Source: Leucoraja erinacea
Lineage: Eukaryota
Length of the DNA: 64,000 nt
NCBI RefSeq assembly: GCF_028641065.1
Contig: NC_073399.1
Coordinates: forward strand, 10,850,001-10,914,000
Direction of reading: 5' to 3'
In this document: positions 48,885 to 61,455 of the stretch, one piece after another
How the letters are laid out: the number at the start of each line of letters is the position of its first letter
Position numbering within the stretch: the first letter of the stretch is position 1
Translations under genes and position numbers: made by a program
Notes under the pieces: model-generated
Told to the model about the DNA's origin: nothing
Databases searched by the model: none
The model's input: only the letters and a program-made list of their open reading frames with translations

Positions 48885-49940
48885 GGTCAAAGGTTCAAAG
48901 GTCAGTTTATTGTCAAGTGTACCAATTAAGGTACAGTGAAACTAGAATTACCATACAGCCATACTAAAAAAAAGCAACAAGACACACACCTACATAAACG
49001 TTACCATAAACATCCACCGCAGCAGATTTCCCACATTCAGATTCAGATTCAGATTCAGATTCAACTTTATTGGCATTGTCAAGTGTATAGTACAGAGACA
49101 ACAAAATGCAGTTAGCATCTCCCTAGAAGAGCGACATAAATATGAGCAACAAATAAATATATTTACGTGCATACAGTCATAGTATTTTTTTCCTGGTGGG
49201 AGGAGTGTCCGGTGGGGGGGGGTGATTGGCAGTCACCGAGGTACAGTGTTGAGTAGTGTAACAGCCGCAGGGAAGAAGCTGTTCCTGGACCTGCTGGTCC
49301 GGCAATGGAGAGACCTGCAGCGCCTCCCGGATGGCAGGAGGGTAAAGAGTCTGTGGTTGGGGTGAGAGCAGTCCTTGGCGATGCTGAGCGCCCTTCGCAG
49401 ACAGCGCTTGCTTTGGACAGACTCAATGGAGGGGAGTGAGGAACCGGTGATGCGTTGGGCAATTTTCACCACCATTTTCACCACCATTCCTCACTGTGAT
49501 GGAAGGCAATAATTTCCAATCTTTATTCCTCTTAATTCTCCCGCGGTCGGGACAGTCGAACCATACGCAGTCAGAGCGATCGAAGCCCCCACGTCGAGGT
49601 GGTCGAAGCTCCAGCGGCTTGGAGCTCCCAAAGTCAATCGCCAACCAGGGACTGCGAGCTCCATGATGTTAAAGTCCGCAGTTGGAGCTCCGAGGTCGAT
49701 CCCCGACAGGGATCGTGAGCTCCACGATAGTAAATCTGCAGGCTCCCGCGGTTGGAGCTCCCAAAGTCGGCCTCCGGAAAACCCCACCAACTCCTCGATG
49801 TTAGGCCGCAGTGTGGACGGAGATACGATACAGAAAACCCCAACCCCACCCTCCACATAAAACACTAAAACAAACATTTAACACATACTTAAATAAAACA
49901 ATAAAGAATGAAGGGACAGACAGACTGTTGGCGAGGCAGC
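48885..49940 (-). mobile_element. Unclassified non-coding retroposon with Rex1-like 3' tail, interrupted by a Rex1 fragment
   Basis: 3' end TTTCACTGTACC..GGTACACTTGACAATAAA plus short repeats; GGAGCTCC-rich internal repeats; shares TTGCCTTCCATCACAGTGAGGA with 56880-57185. Confidence 0.55.
49039..49484 (-). mobile_element. Rex1/Babar LINE 3' fragment with (GAATCT)n tail
   Basis: VVKIAQRITGSSLPSI..RCLRRALSIAKDCSHPNHRLFTLLPSGRR.RS..RTSR.RNSFFPAAVTLLN; CATTC duplicated at 49034-49038 and 49485-49489. Confidence 0.85.
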
Positions 49941-50967
49941 TAATGCTGGAGCTACCCATTGAGGTGCAGAACAGGAACCATACCCTTAAAGGCTGTTCCT
50001 GGGTGCCGAACAGTGAAAGGCCTGAATGGAGTGGATGTGGAAAGGATGTTTCTACTCATGGGAGAGTCTAGGACCAGAGGCCATAGCCTCAGAATAAAAT
50101 GATGTACCTTTAGAAAGGAGATGAGGATGACTTTCTTTTGTCAGAGGGTGGTGAAATATGTGGAATTTGTTGCCATATGGTGGTGGAGGCCAAGTGAGTG
50201 GCGGAGATTGAGAGATTCCTGATTAGCACGGGTTATGGGGAGAAGGCAGAAGAATGGGGTTGAGTGGGAAATATAGATCAGCCATGATTGAATGGCAGAG
50301 TAGGCTTGATGAGCCGAAAGGCCTAATTCTGCTCTTATAATTTATGAACATGAATTTAAATACATACTGAGATTGGCTTTAACTGCTGTTACAAGATTGT
50401 TAACTCGGTGGAAGATGCACTTCGGCCAGCCTGAAACCTGCTGGACCTCCAATGCAAAGTGCAGTCCTGGACTTTACATCGCAGGCTGATCCATGCTGAG
50501 GATCCTTGATGCAAAGGCTCCATAGAGAAAACCTGCATTTTCGGGCTTTAAGGTGTCTGCAACTTGTGTGTGAAAGTTTAATGGTTCAATGGTTTCGTTA
50601 TTATCATGAGTGTCGTCCTGAACCTGATAAAGATTACGGAGCTAATATTATTTTCATATTTATTTCATACTACCTGATGATATTGAAGGTGAGGGGGGGA
50701 AGATCTAATAGGAACCTGAGGGGTAATTTTTTTACACAAAGGGTGGCGGGTGTATGGAACGAGCTGGCGGAGGAGGTAGTTGAGGCAGGTGGCATCATGA
50801 CATTTAAGAGACAATTGGATGTGGACATGCTGGAGGGTTCTGATCCGAAACCCATCTTTTTTTCTCCAGGGATGCTGCCTGACTCGCTGAGTTAGTCCAG
50901 CACTTTGTGTCTGGGTAGAACAGGTTTAGAGGGTTATGGGCCAAACATGGACAGGTGGGACTAGTCA

Positions 50968-51250
50968 CAGCACAGTGGCGCAGCGGTAGAGTTGCTGCCC
51001 TCCTTTCTACGGATGCTGTCTGTACAGAGTTTGTACGTTCTCCCCGTGACCTGCTTGGGTTTTCTCTAGCCGGTCTGGTTTCTACCCACATTCCAAAGGC
51101 GCACAGGTTTGTAGGTTACTTGGCTTCGGTAAAAATTGGTAAATTGTCCCTAGTGTGTGCAGGATAGTGTGGAGATCGCTGGTCGTCTCCGACTTGTTGG
51201 GCCACAGGGCCTGTTTCCGCACTGTATCTGTAAAACTAAAAACTAAAACT
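50968..51250 (+). mobile_element. HE1-type SINE nested in CR1 3' UTR
   Basis: GCACAGTGGCGCAGCGGTAGAG head, V-domain, (CTAAAA)n tail; CR1 sequence GGGACTAG..TTTAGCTGGGGCATG resumes on either side. Confidence 0.8.
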
Positions 51251-51774
51251 AGTTTAGCTGGGGCATGTTGGTCGGTATGGGCAAGTTGGGCCTATTTTCT
51301 ATGCTGTCTTAGCTATGCTAGCTCTCTCAAAGCAATCCTATCCATCCCCTTATTTTTAACATGTTCTCTCACACTTGGTCCTTTGATTACACCTGCTCTG
51401 AATTTACATTATGCACTGAGGTTAGCTTTCTGCTGACCAGATCACCAGGAGCAGGGAAGTGTGACTCAACATTAAAGGTAGTGCTAGAGATGGAGCACTT
51501 AACACCTGCATGTTCACTGACTGCCTTATTGACCAGTGCCCCTTCTTAAAAGCATTTACATGGAAAAACAGGAAGTTGTGCAACAATAATCTTGAAACGA
51601 GGACAGCTTGTCTAGAAAACACTGTTGTTCCCCAGGTTGGGTTCTTACCCTTAATAAAACATCAGAAGTTATTAGATTTGCAAAATCATATCATCAAGAC
51701 CCAAGCAGGCCATGTCACAGTCCGAAGGGTTTGAGATTTGCAATCCATTGATTAATTGATTGATTCATTCATTG

Positions 51775-52068
51775 ATTAATTGAAAGATACAGCAAGGAAA
51801 CAGTTCCTTTGGTCCACGCCGACCATTGGTCACACATTCCCACTAGTTCTACGCTATCAAATGTTTTCATCCACTCCCTACATACTCGGGGTAATTTACA
51901 GAGACCAGTTAACCTAGTAACCTGCACATCTTTGGGATATGGTAGGAAACAGGAGCACCTGGACGAACCCCACATGGTCAGATGGAGAACGTGCAAACTC
52001 CGCACAGACAGCACCCAAGGTTCAGGTTCGAACCCGGGACTCTGGTGCCAGCTGCGCCACCGTGCTGC
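51775..52068 (-). mobile_element. HE1-type SINE
   Basis: Reverse complement head GGCAGCACGGTGGCGCAG and GGGTTCGAACC B box. Confidence 0.82.
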
Positions 52069-52225
52069 CCAGAGTGTGCATAAATTCTAACTTTTTGACG
52101 TTGTTTCAAATATCTCCCATTGTCACTGTGGTCTTTGCAGCTCCAATCGTATCAGTATTAAAGTGTGACTATCCCTTGAAGTGGTGTATGTCTCCGTAAG
52201 TAGTGATAATATTAACATCAACTAT

Positions 52226-52585
52226 GGCGTGGCACGGTGGTACAGTGGTAGAGTTGTTGCCTCACAGCGCCAGAGACCCGGGTTCGATCCTGACTATGGG
52301 TGCTGTCTGTACGGAGTTTGTACGTTCTCCCTGTGCCACGTGGGTTTTCTCCGGGTGCTCCAGTTTCCTCCCACACTCCAAAGACGTACAGGTTTGGAGG
52401 TTAATTGACTTGGTATAATTGTAAATTGTCCCTAGTGTGTGTGGGATTGTGTTAGTGCGGGGATCGTTGGTTGGTGCGGACTCGGAGGGCCGAAGGGCCT
52501 GTTTCCTCACTGTATCTCGAATCTAAACTATACTAAATCTAAACTAAAACTAAACTAAACTAAATTAAATGATTCTAAACTAAAC
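52226..52585 (+). mobile_element. HE1-type tRNA-derived V-SINE, full length (reference copy; roughly 20 copies in window)
   Basis: Pol III A box TGGTACAGTGG, B box GGTTCGATCC, V-domain GTGGGTTTTCTCCGGGTGCTCCAGTTTCCTCCCACACTCCAAAGAC, CR1-shared 3' tail GGGCCGAAGGGCCTGTTTCC, (CTAAA)n. Confidence 0.92.
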
Positions 52586-53386
52586 ATGCCAGGCAACTGG
52601 GTTGTCATTGGGAGGGATTATGAGCTGAAGAATTTGCCATTTAAAGGCCATGCAGAGTTTTTAATGAAAGCTGGCTGGGAGTTTAAGCAGCAATCAGTTA
52701 TCCAACAAGCTCCCAGGCAACTGAAACCTGGAACTGGTTTCATCTCGTCTAAGAAGCTGCTGCCATAAGCAATCTACATTAATGCTTCGCTTTAAGATTC
52801 CAGATGGTCCATCGTGTTACTGTCTAAAGTGTTCACCCCCCACCGATGCCTTGACAAATGTTCCTACTCTCATATCGTGCTAATGTTGTGTACCAATGTC
52901 TAACTTGTGTCTGTCTTTGCCAGACTAATATATAGAAATGAGAAAACTGAAACAATAACAGAATGCATTGGAAACATTCCCGGTATCTGTGAAAAGAAAT
53001 GCGTGGTTAATGTTTCAGGTAAAAAAAAAACACAAAGTGATGGAGTAATTCAGAGGGAGATAAAAATGCTGGAGAAACTCAGCGGGGCAGGCAGCATCTA
53101 TGGAGTGAAGGGATATGTGACGTTTCGGGTCGAGACCCTTCTTCAGACTCAGAGGGTCACACAGCATTTCTGGAGGACATGGATAGATGAGGTTTCAGGT
53201 CGGGACCCTTCTTCAGACTGATTGTGGTGTGGAAGGGAGAAAGCTGGAAAAGAGAGGTAGGGGTGATAAAGTCGGGCGAGTGATAGGTGGATTGGAAAGA
53301 ACTGCAGATGCTGGTTTACACCAAAGATAGACACTAAATGCTGGAGTAACTCAGCATTTGTCTGAGGAAGGGTCCCGACCCGAAAC

Positions 53387-54686
53387 ATAGAAACATAGAA
53401 ATTAGGTGCAGGAGTAGGCCATTCGGCCCTTCTAGCCTGCACCGCCATTCAATATGATCATGGCTGATCATCCAACTCAGTATCCCGTACCAGCCTTCTC
53501 TCCATACCCCCTGATCCCCTTAGCCACAAGGGCCACATCTAACTCCCTCTTAAATATAGCCAATTAACTGGCCTCAACTACCCTCTGTGGCAGAGAGTTC
53601 CAGAGATTCACCACTCTATGTGTGAAAAAAGTTCTTCTCATCTCGGTTTTAAATGATTCCCCCCTTATCCTTAAGCTGTGACCCCTTGTCCTGGACTTCC
53701 CTAACATCGGGAACAATCTTCCTGCATTTAGCCTGTCCAACCCCTTAAGAATTTTGTAAGTTTCTATAAGATCCCCTCTCAATCTCCTAAATTCTAGAGA
53801 GTATAAACCAAATCTATCTAGTCTTTCTTCATAAGACAGTCCTGACATCCCAGGAATCAGTCTGGTGAACCGTCTCTGCACTCCCTCTATGGCAATAATG
53901 TCCTTCCTCAGATTTGGAGACCAAAACTGTACGCAATACTCCAGGTGTGATCTCACCAAGACCCTATACAACTGCAGTAGAACCTCCCTGCTTCTATACT
54001 CAAATCCTTTTGCAACGAAAGCTAACATACCATTCGCTTTCTTTACTGCCTGCTGCACCTGCATGCCTACCTTCAATGACTGGTGTACCATGACACCCAG
54101 GTCTCGCTGCATCTCCCCCTTTCCCAATCGGCCACCATTTAGATAATAGTCTGGTTTTTTGCCACCAAAATGGATAACCTCACATTTATCCACATTATAC
54201 TGCATCTGCCAAACATTTGCCCACTCACCCAGCCTATCCAAGTCACCTTGCAGTCTCCTAGCATCCTCCTCACAGCTAACACTGCCCCCCAGCTTAGTGT
54301 CATCCGCAAACTTGGAGATATTGCCTTCAATTCCCTCATCCAGATCATTAATATATATTGTAAATAGCTGGGGTCCCAGCACTGAGCCTTGCGGTACCCC
54401 ACTAGTCACTGCCTGCCGTTGTGAAAAGGACCCGTTTACTCCTACTCTTTGCTTCCTGTTTGCCAGCCAGTTCTCTATCCACATCAATACTGAACCCCCA
54501 ATGCCTTGTGCTTTAAGTTTGTATACTAATCTCTTATGTGGGACCTTGTCGAAAGCCTTCTGGAAGTCCAGAAACACCACATCCACTGGTTCTCCCCTAT
54601 CCACGCTACTAGTTACATCCTCGAAAAATTCTATAAGATTCGTCAGACATGATTTACCTTTCGTAAATCCATGCTGACTTTGTCCA
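53387..54686 (-). mobile_element. Young 5'-truncated CR1 LINE inserted into a Penelope-derived repeat
   Basis: Uninterrupted 346-aa RT ORF 53564..54604 ([27 protein letters not shown]); same subfamily as 472-2310; GAAAC duplicated at 53382-53386 and 54687-54691. Confidence 0.95.
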
Positions 54687-55104
54687 GAAACGTCACCTAT
54701 TCCTTTTGTCCAGAGATGTTGCCTGACCCGCTGAGTTACTCCAGCATTTTGTGTCTATCTTGAGTGATAGGTGGATACAGATGCGGGCTGTTTGGTTGGC
54801 AGATGTGTGATCCTAGGCTACATAAATTAAAACGAGACAGAAGGGTGTGAGGTCAGGGGAGAAGAGGAGTAAAATGTGAAGCCAGAGGAGGGGATATAGA
54901 TAGATGAAACGTTGTAAGTCTGTTTCTCATTCCACGGATGCTGCCTGTGACCCGTTGAAAGTTTCCAACATTTTCTGTTTTTACCTGGTGTCAATGTTTA
55001 TAACAAGCAATATGAATCTTAGGGTTATCTGAGTTCAGAGCACAATTTTCACATCGTGTCACAACGTTCATCGATTCTGGCAATAAAATATCTCTGACAA
55101 AGTG

Positions 55105-55249
55105 TCTTCTTCTTCTTCTTGCGTATGGCATGCACAGCCTAAAGTTGTCGGACAACTTGTTCTATTTGATCTTATTTGATTGTGCACGCCAACTTGATTG
55201 CATTCGTCGAAACAGGGCAGACCACGTGAAGGTTGCAATCTCCCACCCC
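55105..55249 (-). mobile_element. 145-bp retroposon (or LINE 3' end) with (AAG)n tail and 9-bp TSD
   Basis: GACAAAGTG at 55096-55104 and 55250-55258; (TCT)n at the low-coordinate end. Confidence 0.75.
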
Positions 55250-55811
55250 GACAAAGTGCCTGAAACATGAACTTTGTTTCTCCCTCCACAGAGCCCACAG
55301 ACCTGCTGCGATTCTCCAGCATTTTCTAATTTTCATTTCAGAATGTCTCAAAAATTTTGATTTAAGATTTTGGAGTGTTGCGAATATTATTTTATTCTTG
55401 AAGAAGACAAATTAGGGCTGCAGGCGGAGCTGCTGCCTCACAGCACCAGACACCCGGGTTCAGTCCTGACCTGGGGTGCTATCTGTGTGGTGTTTGCACG
55501 TCCTCCCTGCGACAGCGTGAGCTTCCTCCGGGTGCTTTGGTTTCCTCTCACATCCAAAAGATTTGTAGGTTAACATCATGTCTTTGGTTATCTACTGTTA
55601 ATATTTCAGATGTGGTTCATAGCACACAGAAGAATACAGCATAAGAGTAGGCCCTTTGGCCCACATTGACAGTGCTGAACATGATGCCAAGTTAAACTCA
55701 TCTCTTTTGCCTGTATGTGATCCATAACCCATTATATATCCATGTACTCTATCTAAGTCTCTTAAAAGCCCCTATCTTAGCAGCCTCCACCACCACCCCT
55801 GACCACACATT

Positions 55812-56290
55812 ATGAATGAATGAATAAGTTTATTGGCCAAGTATGTACACATACAAGGAATTTGCCTTGGTGCTCCGCTCACAGGTAACAACACGGCATA
55901 CAGTAACGATTAAGAATGACACATAAAACATTAAACATTTATACTAAAGCATTATAGTTTAAACATGTGAATGAAATGAAATACCAGTGCAAAATGAGGC
56001 TACAGACTTTTGGTTATTGAGTAGAGCTACTGCTCATGGAACAAAAGCTGTTTGTATGTCTGGCTGTGGTGGCTTTGACAGCCCGGAGTCACCTTCCAGA
56101 GGAAGTGCTTCAAAGTGTTTTTGTGGCCAGGGTGAGGGGTCAGAGATGATCTTACCGCTCGCTTCCTGGCCCTTGCAGCGTACAGTTCGTCAATGGGGGG
56201 AAGGTTGCAGCCAACAACCTTTCTCAACTGATCGGATGATTCGCTGCAGCCTCCGGATGTCGTGCTTGGTGGCTGAGCCAAACCACTACA
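55812..56290 (-). mobile_element. Rex1/Babar LINE 3' fragment with (ATTC)n tail
   Basis: KVVGCNLPPIDELYAARARKRA..HPGH remnant; AATAAA plus short-repeat tail. Confidence 0.75.
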
Positions 56291-56879
56291 CTTTGTGTGC
56301 AAAAACTTGTTCCGCACATCTCATTTAAACTTTGCCCCTCTCAGCTCAAAGCTTTAGTTTAGTTTAGAGATACAGCGCGGAAACAGGCCCTTCAGCCCAG
56401 CGACCAGCGGACCCCAGCACATTAACGCTATCTACACACACACTAAGGACAATTTACATTTATACCAAGCCAATTAACCTAGAAACCTGTGTGTCTTTGG
56501 AGTTTGGGAGGAAACCAAAGATATCACAGAAAGCCCAAGGAGGTCATAGGGAGAATGTATAAACTCCATACAGACAGTGCCCGTAGTCAGGATGGAACCT
56601 GGGGCTCTGGTGCTGTAAGGCAGCAACTCTACCGCTGCACTATTATGCCACTTTCTAGACATTGACATATACACCCTGGGGAAAAGGTTCTGACTGTCTA
56701 CCCTATCTAGCTCAGTTCAAGTAATGTGTGGTGATGTGCTGTAAAACACTTTAGGATGGATGGTGTTCTATGTTAGAGGTGCTACAGAAACACAACTGTT
56801 GTTGTTATTCAGAGGCTCACTCTATGCCCAAAATACAGAGTTCAGTGCCCATCCCCTCAGTAATGTGGTAGTTTTGAGG

Positions 56880-57185
56880 CTCAAGACCCGGAGCAGGGCC
56901 TTACATCACCCGGCGCAGCTTTAAATGGCCGCGGACTTGCTAACGCCCGCCGGGGGCTTTGACTTTGACTTCGGGAGAAGAATGGAGAGCAGGGGAGAGA
57001 CAAGACTTTGCCTTCCATCACAGTGAGGAGGAGATTCACTGTGATGGATGTTTATGTAAATTGTGTTGGTGTGTGTCTTGGTTCTTTTCTTGTATGACTG
57101 CAGAAACCAAATTTCGTTTGAATCTCATGTGATGTTCAAATGACAAATAAATGGTATTGGTATTGTATTGTATTGTATTGTATCT
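56880..57185 (+). mobile_element. Unclassified retroposon 3' part with (GTATT)n tail
   Basis: CCATCACAGTGA..TCACTGTGATGG hairpin, GACAATAAA, then (GTATT)n; related to 48885-49940. Confidence 0.55.
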
Positions 57186-58484
57186 ACAAGGATTCGAATG
57201 GTTGATTCGGGAAGGCTGAAAGTGAAAGGGGAAAAGTTTAAAGGAGATGACCGAGACAAGTTGTTTTACATCGACGGTGGTGGGTGCTTGGTACGCGCTG
57301 CCAGGGGTGGTGATGGAGGCAGATACAATAAAGGCATTTCAGGGGGTTTATACATAGGCACATGGATATGCAAGGAATGGAAAGGTATGGATCACATGCA
57401 GGCAGGTGAGTTTATCTCAGCTTGGCATCATGTTCGTACAGAAATTGTGGGCTGAAGGGCCTGTTCCTGTGTAGGAAGGAACTGCAGATGCCGGTTTACA
57501 CTAGGCTCAAAACTACCACATTACTGAGGGGATGGACACTGAACTCTGTATCTTGGGCATAGAGTGAGCCTCTGAATAACAACAACAGGAGTAGGCCATT
57601 CGGCCCTTCGAGCCAGCACCGTCATTCATGGTGATCATGGCTGATCATCCACATTCAGTACCCTGTTCCTGCCTTCTCACCATATCCCCCGACTCCGCTA
57701 TCTTTAAGAGCTCTATCTAACTCTTGAAAGTATCCAGAGAATTGGCCTCCACTGCCTTCTGAGGCAGAGAATTCCACAGATTCACAACTCTCTGGGTGAA
57801 AGGTTTTTCCTCATCTCCGTTCGAAATGGCCTCCCCATTATTCTTAAATAACCAAAGTTAGATGCAAAATCTCTGGTGACATTTCGGGTCGAGACCCTTC
57901 TTCAGTACTTCTGTTCTGCATTATTTATGCCTGCAATATTGTGTTGTGCTGAAAGCAAAGCAAGAGTTTCATTGTCCTATCTGGGCCACATGCATAAACT
58001 CTCTTGAATCTTGAATCTTGTGAAGGTGGGATCCACAGGTCATGAAGAGGGACTAACACTGGTGGATGGCAATGGCGGCTAAATAGATGCGTCATGTGCC
58101 CATTTCATGACTGATTGCCCTTCATTGTTGACCTGATTTATTCAACTGGAAACTCGTCTGACTTTAAACATTACACTCTGTAAAACCAACGCCACCCTGC
58201 CTTTTCTCTTGAACATCTTATCTTGAAATATATTAGCTTTCAACACTCAGTGTGGGACTATAAATCCATTTCTAGGCTGGGATCATTCATGCTATCCTAA
58301 TCCTTTAACATTTCCATTATTTAATCAGTTATTTAGCTAAGGTTTTCTAATTCTGTACATAACCAAACCTTTCAGATAGCCTTCAATTTACCCGAGAGTG
58401 GCTGGGTGTGTCCAGGTGAATTAACTGTTTCCTGGTTTTATAGGGCATGATTAGTTTAGTTTAGTTTTGTTTAATTAGTTAAGA

Positions 58485-58817
58485 CAGTGATTCCCAACCT
58501 GGGGCCATATGGCAAATTTTAGGGGGGCCACAGAAACATTTGGGGATTTAGGGGGCCACAGGGTCAATGAAGGGGGCCACAGAGCTACCACCCTGTTGCC
58601 TCCTAAATTTCAGTTCTAATAAATTTAAATCTATGTAGTTGAAATATTTGTGATGTTTGTGGAATAGAATAAAAGAGAATATATGTGCAATTAATAGACA
58701 CTGATATTTTTATGGAGGGTATTATAATATTGAAGTACTTTTTTTCCGCTAATAAAGTCAGGGGGGGCCACAGAAAAATTAAAAGTTCCCAAGGCTAAAA
58801 AAGGTTGGGAACCACTG
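58485..58817. mobile_element. hAT (Charlie-like) MITE, 333 bp
   Basis: TIRs CAGTGATTCCCAACCT / AGGTTGGGAACCACTG; perfect 8-bp TSD AGTTAAGA (58477-58484, 58818-58825); repeated GGGGGCCAC subterminal motifs; inserted in a SINE tail. Confidence 0.92.
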
Positions 58818-59680
58818 AGTTAAGAGACACAGCGAGGAAGCCCACCGAGTCCGCGCTGACCAGTGATCCCTGCACACTAACACTATCCTACACACATTAG
58901 GGGCAACTTACAATCTTACCAGGCCAATTAGCCTACAAACCTGTACATCATTGGAGTGTGGGAGGAAAGCCAGAGCACCCAGAGAAAACCCACGCAGGTC
59001 ACGGGGAGAATGTACAAACTCTGTACAGACAGCACCCGTGGTCAGGATCAAACCCATGGTCCCTGGTGCTGTAAGACAGCAGCTCTACCGCTGAATCGTG
59101 GTCTACAGAGCTACGAGGCAGCAGTTCTATTGCCTACTGTGTCACGTTTTATTGGCAAGGTTTAGGAATCATGCAGAACGCTGACATAAATTAGGTTTCC
59201 ACATTGAACAATGCATCTGGGGTTTAGTACAGGCCCACCACCGATTTTCTGGCAGCTGATGGTCCGACAACTCGAAACTCAGAAGTGAAAGCAAATGAGT
59301 GCCTTTGCAGAAGTGCTTAAGACAGCAACTGATTGCTATGATTTATGACGGAATAAATGACTTCAAACATTATTTTTTTTTAAACTGGAATGACTAAAAC
59401 CACTTGGAAAGCAAATTGATTTAGGAACAGCACAGATGAATGTGACAAAGCCTTGGGCTAAAGCAAAACAGTTTAAGCAATCTCTTTTTTTTCTGGTGAC
59501 CAAGCAGTTTATTTGGTTTGATGTGACCCTCTGTGCTGTTAGTAACATGCACATAAATCATGTCAGCAGCATCAAATGTTCTCTCTCTTTAAGGTAATGA
59601 AGGAGTAACGGTTAAAGAATCGTGCATTACACTTATATTCCCGCAGTACTTTATGTTCGGGAATAAAACAGGTTAAATCA

Positions 59681-60008
59681 CTGCGGGCTCTACCTTTCCT
59701 TGATCATTGTCGCTGGCTTGCATCTGTCTTTTTGCATATCTTTCATTAATTTGTCCTATGTACCTTTTCATATCTCTCGGTACCCTCACCCCGACTCTCA
59801 GTCTGAAGTCTCGACATGAAACGTCACCTATTCATTTTCTCTATGTTTACATATTCTGTTGTACTGCCGCAAGTAAGAATTTCATTGTTCTATCTGTGAA
59901 TTTGACAATAAAACACTCTTAACGACTATTGAGATGCTGCCTTACCCGTTTACTCCAGCTTTCTGTGCCTATCATCGGTGTAAACCAGCATCTGCAGTTC
60001 CTTCCTGC
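59681..60008 (+). mobile_element. Penelope-derived insertion with 13-bp TSD
   Basis: ACAGGTTAAATCA at 59668-59680 and 60009-60021; degenerate CTGAAG..GAAACGTC core. Confidence 0.65.
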
Positions 60009-60099
60009 ACAGGTTAAATCATCTAGCTCTACTGAGACTTCCAACTGAACATTGATTCAGATAGAAGTTACAGAATATTAGGTCCTCACTTCAGAAGAC

Positions 60100-60495
60100 C
60101 GCTAAAAACATTACAGAGACTTGTGGACATAGCCCAAACCTCCCTTCCATTGCCTCCATCTACACTTCACGCTGCCGCGGCAAGACCACCAGCATAATCA
60201 AGGACAAGCCTCGCTCCTTCTCCACTCTCCCATCACGCAAGAGGCATAGAAGTGTGAAAACCCACACCTCCAGAGTCAAGGACAGTTTCTTCCCAGCTGT
60301 TATCAGGCAAGTGAACCATCCTATCACCAACTAGAGAGCGGTCCTGACTACTATCCACCTTATTGGAGCCCCTCGTACTATCTTTAATCGGACTTTACTG
60401 GACTTTATCTTGCACTAAATGTTATTCCCTTTATCATGTATCTGTACGCTGTTGACGGCTTGATTGTAATCATGTATAGTCTTGTTGCTGACTGA
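60100..60495 (+). mobile_element. Rex1/Babar-type LINE 3' fragment
   Basis: Encodes LPSI.SIYTSRCRGKTTSIIKD..PLPS.KR.RSVKTHTSRVKDSFFPAVIRQ remnant. Confidence 0.75.
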
Positions 60496-60744
60496 TTTAG
60501 TTCAGCTCAGTTTAGTTTAGTTTAGATTAGTTTAGAGATACAGCATGGAAACAGGCCCTTCATCCCACCGAGTCCCGCATGTGGATATACAGGGAATGGA
60601 TGGATATGGTCCATTGGGAGGCAGATGAGATTAGTTTATCTTGTAATTGTGGGCTGAAGGGCCTGTCCCTGTGTTGTACGTTTCTGTGTTCGAATTATGT
60701 TTGTTTCTTCTTTCAAATCTATTGCCTCTAAGACTGAATACTTT

Positions 60745-61455
60745 ATTCCCAGGAGCGCAAGAGGACGAGGGGTATTCTCATTAAGGTATATAAAATCATG
60801 AAAGGAATAGATTGAGTAGATGCACAGAGTCTCTTGCCTAGAGTAGGGGAATCGAGAACTAGAGGACATAGGTTTAAGATGAAAGGGAAAAGATTTAATA
60901 GGAATCTGAGGGGTGATTTTTTCACTCAAGGGTGGTGGATGCATGGAACGAGCTGCCAGAGGAGGTAGTTGAGGCAGGAACTAGTGCCACCTTTAAGAAA
61001 CAATTAGACTGGTACATGGATTGTATAGTTTAGTTTAGTTTTAGACGGAAACAGGCCCTTCGGCCCACCGGGTCCACGCCGACCAGCGATCCCCGCACAC
61101 TAACACTATCCTACACCCGCTAGGGACAATTTTTACATTTACCAAGCCAATTAATCTACAAACCTGTACATCTTTGGAGTGTGAGGAAACCGACGATCTC
61201 GGAGAAAACTCACGCAGGTCACGGGGAGAACGTACGAACTCCCCATGTACAGACAGTGCCCGTAGTCAGGATCAACCCGGGTCTCATTCGCTGTCAGGCA
61301 GCAACTCTACCGCTGCGCCACCGTGAACGAGGGATCGTGGCTTAGAGGGATATGGGCCACACACAGGCAGGTGGGACCAGTGTAGATGGGACATGTTGGC
61401 CGGCGTGGGCAGGTTGAGCCGAAGGGCCTTTTTACACGCTGTATCATTCTATGAC
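60745..61455 (+). mobile_element. CR1 3' fragment with nested minus-strand HE1-type SINE (~61025-61325)
   Basis: CR1 ORF2 C-terminus and 3' UTR are split by a full reverse-complement SINE. Confidence 0.8.

Noticed and set aside
52226-52300. tRNA-like sequence with A and B boxes
   Set aside because: It is the head of a SINE continuing into V-domain and tail; no complete cloverleaf or terminator.
53564-54604. 346-aa intact RT ORF as an active or domesticated gene
   Set aside because: 5'-truncated CR1 copy lacking endonuclease, ORF1 and promoter; openness reflects young age.
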